Of a stretch of DNA of 64,000 nucleotides, positions 23,018 to 34,200 are shown piece by piece (positions within the stretch are counted from its first letter, which is position 1; each line of letters begins with the position of its first letter). This stretch comes from Paramoeba atlantica (lineage: Eukaryota > Protista > Discosea), in NCBI GenBank assembly GCA_977017575.1, contig CDRNVI010000030.1, forward strand, positions 124,001-188,000, given 5' to 3'. The notes beneath the pieces are model-generated. The model was not told the origin of the DNA. It searched no databases and saw only the letters and a program-made list of their open reading frames with translations. A program made the translations under genes and the position numbers.

Positions 23018-23496
23018 CGTCTCTACTTCGTTGACGGGTCAACCAATTGGCTGCCACTTCGTTGACAGTAAATCCGACTGTCAACGAAGTGGCAGCCAAT
23101 TGGTTGACCCGTTAACGAGTATGAATTTTCTGCTCACGAAATGCAACAATGAAAAAAACTGTGTTTGAGTCGATGAAAAATTTTCAGGAAATAAAATTTT
23201 CACCCAATCCTAACAGCTCCCCAATTCCGTGTTTCCAAAGCAGATCCTAGGTTCCTTGTTGTTGTGGGGCTCCTTACGGATTCCCATGCGAGGAAGTCGT
23301 CGTCGCTACGGCAAAAAGGCAGAAGACTCCGCCTCCTCCCTCCTCTACAGTTTTGCGGATCGCAAATGTAACAGGTCTTAGCGTTGATCAAATCACACTT
23401 GTTGACGGGTCAACCAATTGGCAGCCACTTCGACAATAAATCCGATTGTCAACGAAGTGGCAGCCAATTGATTGACCCGTCAACGAAGTAGAGACA
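23018..23496. mobile_element. TA-flanked fold-back MITE with a long hairpin at each end
   Basis: TA at 23016-23017 and 23497-23498; 40-bp stem 23029-23068/23078-23117 with a 9-nt loop; a second, degenerate hairpin at about 23400-23486. Confidence 0.8.
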
Positions 23497-25229
23497 TAGC
23501 CGTACTGTGCCCCCCCCCACTTATAGTGCCACGGTTTTCGACCAAACGGGTAAATTGTTTTCCATCCTAAAAAGAAATTGCAAGGATTTGGTTTTAAAGC
23601 TTTAAAGAATTCAGCAGAGCGCTCTCACTCTGTGCTCATCCAACACGTCAAGCTAATGCACAGCGAGTGGAAGGAAGTAATAGGGACAGTGAAGCATAAG
23701 GAAGCATAGCTTGTTTTAAAAAAAATGAACTGTATCAAAATGCAGAGAAGATGAAAGATGCTCGCGAAGAAGGAGAGGAAGCGAATAAATGCGATGAGAA
23801 AAAGGTAAGCGGAAAGCTTTTACTGTAAATTGCTTTCCGTTTACTCCGTCCTGAAAAAACATGAGAAAAGTGGCGCCAAAGAAGGGGGAAACAGCGTTTC
23901 CGAAGACGCAAGTAAGGAAGGTACCCTACCAGGCCTCATCGGTATATAATCTTCACCATGCCTTTCAGAGACCTTTGTCGCGTCCGTCAAACCGCAGGGA
24001 AAGGTAGCCACAAAGCAGAGCATGAGGATTATGGTGGCGGGACCACTGAGAAAGGGAGAAGAAACCGTCTTAGAGGAACTTGTCTCAGGCGGAGCTGGAC
24101 CTCTGCGCAACAAACATCGTTGCGACACAGGTTTTACCCATTACCGATTTGCGATGCGTTTTCGAGGACTATGGGCATTGACCTGAACACTGAAATTGTT
24201 GTGCCCACAGTTCTTCCGATGGGTCATACGTGGTCAGCATCGTTAGCTCACCGTGTATATTGGGGACCAGTATTATATCGTCCAAGTGCTGGCAGCTCCT
24301 CATGAGGTGCCGATGGGGAGGACTCAGTTGAAACTCCAAAAAATTTGATGAGGGAGAACATGTTGGATCCATTACGGTGTACTACGGTAACGTGCTGATA
24401 ATGACTACTACTTTATATACTCCCGCTTACAGTGTAAGTACCGATAGTGAAGGTATACCTTCACCATGCAGACTAGTTGGGATGCCACTTCAGGTCATCC
24501 AATTTACTAATTCCAAGTTGTGGTGATATTGAAGAAAAAAAAGGCCCCTACAAATTTGGATTTCCTGCGCACTACAAAGGAGAACACATCCAATCGAGAT
24601 GCGAGACAGTAGCTATGGGTTACAGGAAGTACATTCGGATATTTAGTATTATTTTGAATATCTTTTTCAAGAGTAATATATTATACTACTTAGGTTTATA
24701 CTATAAACTTAGTCTCTCGAGACGACTATAGTCTCACTTTGCGAATACATTGTATGTGGAAATGGAGAAGTAAGCTACGCTTCGATTCGAAGTCACGTTC
24801 CGTTGATCTCGCTTTTTATCACATACCACTATTTGGTAATAAATGTTTACATGTTTACTTGGATTCGTAAAAACAAGTTTATATGCGTGAGTAAGTGGTT
24901 ATAAATTGGCAAGCATAGTACAGGTACAATTATTGTACATTTCATAGTCAATATCTATATCATTCCGAGTCAATATGTACAAGGTTTTTACACATACAAT
25001 TATGTAAAAAACAAATGGGCAAGTCTAAGTAAAATCCGCAAGCACCAATCAAATCCAGATGAATATAAATACGCACGGCCTAAATGAGGAGTAAAATCGG
25101 AATCAATGTAAATACACCAACCCTGTACGCTTTTGTCTTTCTCCTATAAACGACTAACTCGTTCACCCAATCTTACAAAACCATATTTAGTCCGAAACGA
25201 TATTCATCGCATTGCATGTTTACAAACAG

Positions 25230-26615
25230 TTAAAATTGGAAAACGCCCTTTGGTACAGTGTATTCTATCTCTATGTCATTAATGCGCGTAATCTCTGTAT
25301 CATAAATCTCTAGATATAACGGATTTGGAGTCTGGGTCAAAAGGCTATTCTTCACCTCACCTTGAAGTTCTTTATTACAACCCAGGCATATAGCGTACAT
25401 AACTGAAGGTAATGAATCCAACTCTACCCAGCCTGCGAACCGATTTCCGTTGAGATTCAAATAAGATAGATTTGGTGGGAGTCGACGTAGACCCGGAGTT
25501 CCCATGAAGGCATTGTCATTTATCGCTAGGAACTCAAGATTTAGGGGCAGACGGCCCAAATCGACGTTTCCTGATAGTTTATTACACGAGAGTTTTGATG
25601 TTCATGCGCTCGTTGGCGCAGAGATACAGCCCTTGATGCGACAGCCGATATCATCGGCACAATCCGTATTGACGGATGTCGCACCAAGGGGGTTTAGCTC
25701 GGACTCTGTCGATAGAGGGGGTCCAGGCAACTCGCCCTCTCTTTACGCAGCCGGAGGGGCGCACTGCAACCGACTCGGTCCCAGTCGGTAGAGGTGGTCC
25801 AGGCAACTCACCACCTCTTTACGCAGCCGGAGGGGCGCACTGCAACCGACCGCTGCCTCGCGATAAGACGAGGCAGAGCCACGCCCAGTGGTCCTCAAGG
25901 GAGGCCACCATGGCGCATAGCTCCCCGGGAAGAAAAGGGCGCGAAAGGTAGAAAGCCGGGGAGGGAAGAAAACCCACTCAAGGAGTGAGCCGGGGAGGGG
26001 TGATGGGGTGGAAGCGCGTCCCCTACTTCGCCGAGAAAGAGGGACAGTTTCGGCCTTAGTGCCGGCCGGCAACGGGCATATAACAGTAAGACTATGCCCG
26101 TTGCCGGGGAAAGAAAAGATGAACTAAAGAGAAAATGTACCAACAAGGTACAGAAACTGTATCTTTATATTACCTTTATATTATCTTTATATTAGCAGTC
26201 GCAAAGTTTGCGGTAAACATGTCAAATCGATTGATCCAGTGAAAATATTTTTGGTAAGGTCAATGATCGTAATTGCAGGAGGCAAGTCCTTGAAAGGTAA
26301 TTCCCCACTAAGTTTATTGTATTGAGCACGAATTTCGAGCACTGAGTGAGGGAGAAATTTCAAACAGATATGACCCTCCAGTTCGCGACCGGCCCACTCG
26401 AGCTTAGATGTTTTATTTCCCTCATCACATATCACATGATACCACTCACATGCCGGCGTGTTGGTATTCCAAGAGGGATCGGTATTTCCGACGTCTTTGA
26501 TAAAGTTTGCAAGTTCGTATTCTTGTGGGACGTTGACACCACGAATCCGACCGGTACGTGACGATGTAATGTCCTCAGCCGTACGCAGGATATGTGAAAA
26601 TGCTCTGTGAGGCAT
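25230..26615 (-). pseudogene. Subfamily A LRR gene split by a 597-bp insertion
   Basis: Removing 25594-26190 restores TLRLLILSCNKLSGNVDLGRLP in frame. Confidence 0.9.
25594..26190. mobile_element. Unclassified 597-bp GC-rich insertion without TIR or TSD
   Basis: Ends defined by the split LRR gene; about 73-bp internal tandem duplication; perfect 15-bp stem 26066-26080/26093-26107; related partial copy inverted at 28045-28270. Confidence 0.75.
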
Positions 26616-27249
26616 ACCTGAGTCTTGTAGACTTAGTAAAGTGCAAAGAATTGCCTTTTAAACAAGAAAGTAAACAAGAAAGTGGATACTACAGGGGAGT
26701 CCGCTAAATATATGGGGATCTAACATTCGCAAAACCTGGCCAATTTTCAGTAGTAATACCGCATTCGCGAGCTTTCGCATAACCCTCTTGTGGAGTCTAT
26801 ATGGTTTCCCGTGTTTTTACATATGTTTATGTATAAACATACATACATATGTATAAACATATAAACATGTTTAAACATACATACACTAGCAATCAGCTAT
26901 ATGTCACCCCCCCTCGAAATTTGAAAAACTGGTCTGTTTTTTATCGTCTTTTTTTTGAACGCAGAGAGAATTTTACATAGGTGCGTTTCCCGCTGCTTAA
27001 ACTGGTTTTTCTCGACTCATTAGGATCGAATTATTTTGTGAAAAAAATGAGCCGAACAAATGCTTCTTTTACGAAAATGTTCCAGTTTTTGACATATTTA
27101 CCGGGTAAAAACCCATAAATACAATCACTGCAGGAAAAGAAGATTACACAAAGACAAGCTTAATACCCAATATTCCACCCCCGTTCTTTGACACCTTGTT
27201 CATATGTTTTAAGTACTCTGAACACATTTTTTCTCATCGTGTCTTTTTA

Positions 27250-28011
27250 CCCATTTTCGTACCGTTTTTTTATCCACTTACTTGTATATTTTTTAGAGAT
27301 GGAAGTGATGGAAGCACCGCATTTTCGTTCAATAATAAACGAAATGCGCATTGCGATCGTCGTACGCTCCGAGTTGAGGTAACTCAGCCTGTGGTTGCTC
27401 ACCATGGGTATTAAAAGGGTAGTGTCAATGAGAAAAAAAGCAACCCCGGAAAGGTGCGATCTCAGGAACCACCGGAGTGTCATACCCGGCAAGTTCCGGA
27501 ACAACCTGTAAAAGTGATGTTCTGGACTGCTATCGGACCTATCTACGAGGAATGGAGATCACCTCTTTATGTTCACCACACTTCCGTGAATGCAGATACG
27601 TATTGCGAGTGTCTTGAAAACATATTGTTACAAATAACGAATTGTGCACGCCCACGGTATATGTGGAAATTTATGCAAGATGGGTGTAAACGAGGGCCTC
27701 ATTCCTCTTTGAAGGTAAGAGATAAATTGTTCGAAATGGGAGTGAATGTTCTGGGCGACACATGGTCTTCCACATGGCCGCCGAATAGCCCTGATTTAAA
27801 CTCAATCGAATTTCTTTGGACTGTCTTAAAATACAGAGTTGATAAAAGATGCCCAAGAACGAAAGAGGAACTTATCAGGGTTGCATGTGAGGAATCAGAC
27901 CTAAATCCCACTCAAAGTGTGAGAAACACGCATAAGAAGGGCCCGTGCCTCGTGAGGAATGTGTGCTGTATATGCACGGTGTATGCATTACATAAATTAA
28001 ATGTACAATGA
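27250..28011 (+). mobile_element. Tc1/IS630 transposase relic, DD42E spacing
   Basis: KVMFWTAIG, FMQDG, WPPNSPDLNSIE; 42 residues counted between the second D and the E. Confidence 0.85.
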
Positions 28012-28044
28012 TTTGCCTAAGTACAATTATTTGCCTAAATGTAC

Positions 28045-28270
28045 AATTATTTGCCTGGACCACCTCTACCGACTGGGGCCGAGTCGCTTGCAGTGCGCCC
28101 CTCCGGCTGCGTAAAGAGAGGGCGAGTTGCCTGGACCCCCTCTACCGACCGAGTCCGTGTCGAACCTCCCTTGGCGACATCCGTTTTAGGCGGATCATGT
28201 GCCGATGATATCGGCCGTCGCATTAAGGGGATTATTTTTGCACCAAAAGAGCGTATGATAAACAACAATA
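28045..28270. repeat. Partial inverted copy of the 25594-26190 family
   Basis: Shares gcagtgcgcccctccggctgcgtaaagagagggcgagttgcctggacc and gccgatgatatcggc. Confidence 0.8.
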
Positions 28271-28383
28271 CGCCCATGCACAATTCTTTTACATTATCCT
28301 CCTTTCTATATGATGAGCCCTGTTGAGAGCAACGAAGAGTTCACCTCACGTATGAAGGTCATATCTGCGAGCGATCATGACGT

Positions 28384-28470
28384 ACAGTGCGGAACTTTAT
28401 TACGGGACACCTTAATTAAGGGACACCCCCTTTTTGGTCAAAAGTGTCCCGTAATTAAGTGTCCCTTAGC
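28384..28470. repeat. Pogo-like palindromic TIR relic
   Basis: tacagtgcggaactttattacgggacaccttaattaagggacacc...gtgtcccgtaattaagtgtccc. Confidence 0.5.
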
Positions 28471-28549
28471 TTTGCCCTGTGAGATGATCTGTGAAATGTA
28501 GTGAGTGATTGTACTGCAGGTTCTGTTATTATATTTTTTTTTATCTTTA

Positions 28550-29050
28550 TTAGGCTCTTCGTTAAACGCGGTGGTTGTTTTCAACTTAGAAGTTACTCAT
28601 GCTGCGCGCTTCGCGTTGAAAACTACCTCCGCGTTTAACGAAGAGTGTAAAAAAGAAAAATCGCGAAAAGATCACGCATAATTTACGTTTTTGGGGGAAA
28701 AACTCGATTTTTCAGCAAAAAATGGAAAAGTTCAACCCGAATTTCGGCCGTTTTTAATGCTTTACCAGTAGGGGCAGGAGGCGAATCTGACGAAAGAAAC
28801 GTCGTAGAATGGTAGCTGGGGTCCCAAACTCTCCAAACACGTTTTAGGAGTCGATTTTGGAAAAAAAATATTTTTACATTTTTTTGGGTCAAAAAATTTT
28901 TTTTTTTAGTCATCCAAAAATTTCGGAAAATTAGACCTTGTCGAACCCATCGTGCGCGTACCAGGGGGGGTACCCCCATGGGGGGGGTGGAAAATTATCG
29001 CCGCAGCCTACTCTACCACTTCCCTGCACTCAAATTTGAAAAGCAAAAAA
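28550..29050 (+). mobile_element. HINE-like family copy, 5' hairpin plus interior
   Basis: Hairpin at about 28550-28650; interior ggtggaaaattatcgccgc..tactctaccacttcc shared with the 55345 copy. Confidence 0.7.
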
Positions 29051-29666
29051 TTCTCTCTAAATCTCTCTCCGCTCTTTTAAAAGAAATGTGGAGCACCTTC
29101 TTTAAGGTGTGCTGCACCCAATGACGTAATCGATCGAATTTTTCAGAGTCTGCATGTCCTTATGAACATGCCACTATCTCACTATCTTTGGGAGGCGTCC
29201 ACAAGGAATGTATTGCAAAAAGGTAGTGTAATAAAACGATATTCAAAAGAAGAGGCGAAAAATATGAAATGTACCAATGCACATGTACGCCCGTATAAAT
29301 TACACAAAAAAAAATTATGAAAATATTGTGAGTTTGCCAATATCTAGGCATTGAGAAAAAATATAAGGATAAACAATATTTTTTCAAAGCTCGCAGAAAC
29401 TTTTCATGTAAATTAGGCTCATAGAAAGTTATCGGCGTTCTGAGAACGAAGAACAGTTCTCAGAACAACATAGTATGTAAACTTATGGGGGGGAGCTATG
29501 ATAATTAAGTAGAGGGGTACAGTAAAATATCTAAAAAAAATCACCCCCCACTCAGCCGCACCATGACGCACCCACCTGCTTCAATCCTCTGAGTGATATG
29601 CCTAAAATGCGTCTTTATACTGTATACTTCCTTTCAAAACTAACTTGCCGACAAAATGCACCGTCA

Positions 29667-30536
29667 TTACTCAACATCACAAATCGTAATTTTCGTATTC
29701 TGAATGTGAAGCCAAAACTCCTGTAACTTGGGCGGAAGGCTCAATCTCTGTACGACGCCATGCAAACCAATATTATTACACAACATTAAGTCTCCCATGT
29801 TTGCGGGAAGATGCGTCAAGTCCACCGGACCTGAAAACAGGTTGTCGGACAGGTCAATTGTTCTTATTTTGGACGGAAGCTGGTCCAGACGCAGCCTACC
29901 GGAGAACCGATTTCGAGCCACGTTCATCATCACCATGTTGCGTGGTAGAGAGGTCAAATCGATAGATTCGGTAAGTTGATTGTCCTGGATGTACAGGCCG
30001 GTCAGGGAAACTGGAAGATTTGATAAGCAAACGCTTCCCGTAAAGTGATTACGGCCTAAATAGAGTTCTTTTGTTACAGGAGGCAACAACGTCAAATCTA
30101 TTCCTCCTTCAAATCGATTGTGCGAAAGACTCAGTTCCTCGAGTCCCGACGGTAATTGATCCAGTGGCACCGAACCTGACAAATTATTATTATATACCAG
30201 AAACGACTCCAGGGTACGGGGAAGATACATAAACCTCAAAGACCCTGACATGTGCGCAACCTCCCAAGTGATATAAATAACTTCTTCATCTTCGTTACAT
30301 TCAACACCATGCCACTCACAGGCTGGGGTTTCAGTACTCCATGATTTGTGTAAGTTGTTAACGTCAGCTACTAGCCGTGCTAACTGGTATTCTTGAGGTA
30401 AGTTCGTAGCACTCACCTTTGAGGTATTCACTCTCACACCAGTTGTCGCCACTTTCAATGACGATTCTTTTTCATCCCCCGTGCGACATTTAACGGATGT
30501 TGCTGGAGCATCCAAGCATGAATAACGAGAGATCAT
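29667..30536 (-). CDS. LRR protein, 289 aa
   Basis: SKVSATNLPQEYQLARL, PACEWHGVEC, LRRs. Confidence 0.93.
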   Translation of the reverse strand: MISRYSCLDAPATSVKCRTGDEKESSLKVATTGVRVNTSKVSATNLPQEYQLARLVADVNNLHKSWSTETPACEWHGVECNEDEEVIYITWEVAHMSGSLRFMYLPRTLESFLVYNNNLSGSVPLDQLPSGLEELSLSHNRFEGGIDLTLLPPVTKELYLGRNHFTGSVCLSNLPVSLTGLYIQDNQLTESIDLTSLPRNMVMMNVARNRFSGRLRLDQLPSKIRTIDLSDNLFSGPVDLTHLPANMGDLMLCNNIGLHGVVQRLSLPPKLQEFWLHIQNTKITICDVE

Positions 30537-31279
30537 TTTTTGATAATTCTATTACCTTCCCATTTAATTAATTGCCGCATTTAATTGCCGCATTTAATTG
30601 CCGCATTTAATTCAGTCAACACCCCTATATTACAGCCCCACATTTATGAGCCCCACTTTCTTACATTAGGCCCCACAATCATGCTACTCTCGACCATCGT
30701 AGAAATCTTTTTAGCTCTTTGTATAGGGGGGCGTCACGGTACTTTTTTTTACTTCTTTTTGCTATAAAATTTTCAAAACCTTTTGTTCAGTTCGTCCAAA
30801 ACTTCGATCACCCTTTTTTATTTAATCATCCCTTTTGTTTCGCTGATTTTGAGCGTGAAGCGAAAGAGCATAAGCTAGGCTCCTGGAATCGATTTGACGC
30901 TAGCAAAGATCTCGTCCAGGGAGTGAGCACATACGAGGAAAGTTTATATACAACACCACTTCGGCCTGACCCCTCATCGGAATTGTCACTACACGCTGAA
31001 AAGATCGCTTGCGACATTACGGACTCTATAGAAGGCGAGACGCCGGATACGGGGCACCATGATACTATCACCGAAGAAGAACCTTTCTCTAGCGTCCGAC
31101 TGACTGAGAGTTACGAGTTTCAATTCGAAGGAACCAACCCCTCGTCACTCAGCCAATTGAAGACTTCTAATAAGGCTGTGAAGGGGAAGTGCGAGCGCCA
31201 TGTCCACAGGTCAAGCCGTACCGAATACGATTATGATAAAAATAAGCTAGTCTTCCCGGATCTTACACCTCAAGGTCTC

Positions 31280-34200
31280 AATTTCTCAGTGGTCGGATGT
31301 TGCAAAGGACGGAAAAAGAAGAAGCGGCCCTCTTTCCCAGCCGAGTACCTGGTGCGGGGCTACTGCTGATCTGAGTGCGGAGTCCGCGCCCGACAGCGAA
31401 GACCGTGACAACACAGACTCCAGTCTGAACTGCCCCAGACCCTGCACTCTTGTAGAAAACGAAGACGAAGCAGTAGCAGGACGCGTTGACAGCTCGTTGG
31501 GAGAATTGCCTCCCGACGAACGGAACCTGAACGCATCGGTCGGGAAACGCAAACGTCATCAGGTGGCGAAAACTGGGCACTCCGATTCCATGACCGCCGA
31601 GAAACTACCAGGGATGCGCATGGAAAACGGTGTCTCACGAGGGGCATTGGCAAGCATTCTACAACCACGTAGCCCACAGGCATGGGGACGAGGTTTCGGA
31701 TACCTGGTGGGTGGAAGAGGGGCGCTTTTCTTGCAACGACTGCAAAAAGCGGGATTGCAACAATAGGCAAGCGGGACACTCATGCCAAGAACTGCACGTC
31801 CCGCCGTTCACCACCTCACATTCCACCGACAACCCCCTCAACAACGCCACCTCTGCGAATACAACTCTCAATTTGGCCTCTCTCAATACCACTAATATCG
31901 CGCCGGAGGCCAACGCGGCCCCAGCGCATCAAACTACGGAAGGGGAGAGCGTCCAGGTCATAGATCCACCCCTTCCGCGTTTATTGTCGATCAGCGCTCT
32001 GCCCATACACACTTGTAAGGACATCCCAGACCGCTGCCGGCAAGAGTGGGCCAAGACGCGTAGTGGACGCTTATCCACGGCAATCCACGAAAACACACTT
32101 GAAGCGCAGAAAAAAAAGAAAGAAGAGGAAAAGAAAGCGACCTTACGCGCTGAACGAACGCTTGTTCGTGACGGGGAGCTCTCTCGCCCGAGGGCTGCCC
32201 TAACAAGTGAACCTCTTGCCCCTGACGATGAAGCGACTTACGCGAAGCTCCCGTCTAAGCACCCACCCAGACGATCCACCTCCAACGTGCAAAACCGGTT
32301 AACTTAAAGCAAAATTCGCATTTTTCAAAAATTTCAATTTTTTTCATATTTTAAGGAGAGAAAAACAACTTTCAGCTTCTAGCTTCCAACTTAAATACGT
32401 ACACAAGACTTACAAATGAATACAACGACACTGGTCTTGCAGATTCTCTAAGATGCGCAGCATCACATCGCCGCCATTGCATCGTAGACTGCCGTTGCAT
32501 TTTCCCTTCCTGGTATGAGTGGTCCCAAGGTGGCGTACATTCCCTTGCACCTTTTAGTACACCTCCACTTCTCGCCAGTGACGTGCATAGTGTAGGGCCC
32601 CTTGTGCGCTGACTTGTAACATATAACCTTCTGCGCCACCAAATTGTGGTTCCTTAACCACTACTACATTTTGATTCGCTCCAGAGAGAAATTTTGCTCA
32701 ATGTAAGATTTACTCGGCAAGAGAAACCACTACATCCTTTACAGGGCATGTGATGAAGAATATTAAAAGTCGGAATCTACAGGGCCGTTTATGTCAAAGT
32801 TGAACAATTCCACAGGTTGCATATGATGTCGAATTCAAATAAAATGTGCGAAATGCGTTAGTTTAGAACACAAGCCGATAGGGAAAAATATTTTCTACGC
32901 ACATGGGCCCCTGTACCCAAAAGATACAACGGTCCAAAAAGGCAATCTCAGGCAAAATTGACCAAGTATTTTATCATTATTTTTTCGATAAACTTTAGTT
33001 TTTAGTACTGAGTTTCTCCCCTTTCCCAGAAATCACTTATTTTAACATTAGTACATATACAGTATTTAGTAAGGAATCTTCTTTCCTTTATATAATATGC
33101 ACAACTCGAGTCTTTTTTTGAAGGAGACATGCAGCTTCTTTATCGACTCCTTCGCTTCTACGGAGTCCAAATATGATTCACATACGCGCTTAATTTCACC
33201 TGCAGAAATGGGGCATTTACGGTTCTTGAATTGCTTTGTTTGGTTCCACAAGTTCTCAATTGGATTAAGATCTGGGGAATCCGCCGGCCAGCGAAGCATT
33301 AACTCTCCAGTTGTACTCACGTACCGTGACAAGTTCATCGCCTTTCGATCTTTCCACCACTTTTTTGTAAGTATGGCCCGATGAGCGGGAGCACCGTCTT
33401 CCATAAGAATAATGTTTTCATGAGTGGCTGCGTAAGGCAAAAAATGGGGCTCTAATATCGACTTGCGGTAATATAACGATCCGAGTTTTAATTCCTGAGG
33501 AAATTCTTTCCGCTTTTCCCCAGGTAGCAATTCACGCGAAGCTTCATCCTTGTAAAACTTGGTGAAATCGCACCAGTGGTAAAAAACGTGTCCGTCGCCC
33601 GCAATAGCACCCCAAATCATTACTTTCGTTGGATGATGCGTCCTTGACTTATACGCAATGTCAGTCGGACTTTGCCAAGCACCTCTGGACATGTCCCCCG
33701 CTTCCATCCAGGAGTCGTCAGAAAATATTAATCGCTTAAAAAATATGCCTTCGGTTGCCTCGTTCTCTTTTAACATTGATTGACAAAAAGCGACTCTTGC
33801 GTCCATTTTTTGGGGAGAGAGACAGATTTGATACTTTGGCCTTAAAAGAATAACCACCGTAGTAGAGTAAAACATGTAATCGAAAACGTGGAATTACCAG
33901 TCGGCCGTTGCTCATTTCTACGAAGGCGCATCTCAGACTGGTAAGAGAACGGTGCGTTGGATGGGCTGCCATTACGCTCGATAGCATTCCTTTGGCCTGC
34001 TCAAAATTTTTCCAGTTTTCTAGCACCTGGCGCACGTGTCGAACTTTTTGAAGTCTTTCTCCAGCCTTAGAACTTTTCAGAACATAAGTGCACGTCGAAC
34101 GGGGCAAAGCAAACATGTAACAAAGGTCAGCGTGCCGGTAAACGCCGCTCCTGTGAAACAATTTTATATAATCGTACTTCAAGAAGTGCTCTTTCTTCCT

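Noticed and set aside
25600-28270. Inverted pair 25600-25850 / 28045-28270 as TIRs of one element capturing an LRR gene half
   Set aside because: The outer parts are clearly diverged and the left copy has its own precise 597-bp insertion site.
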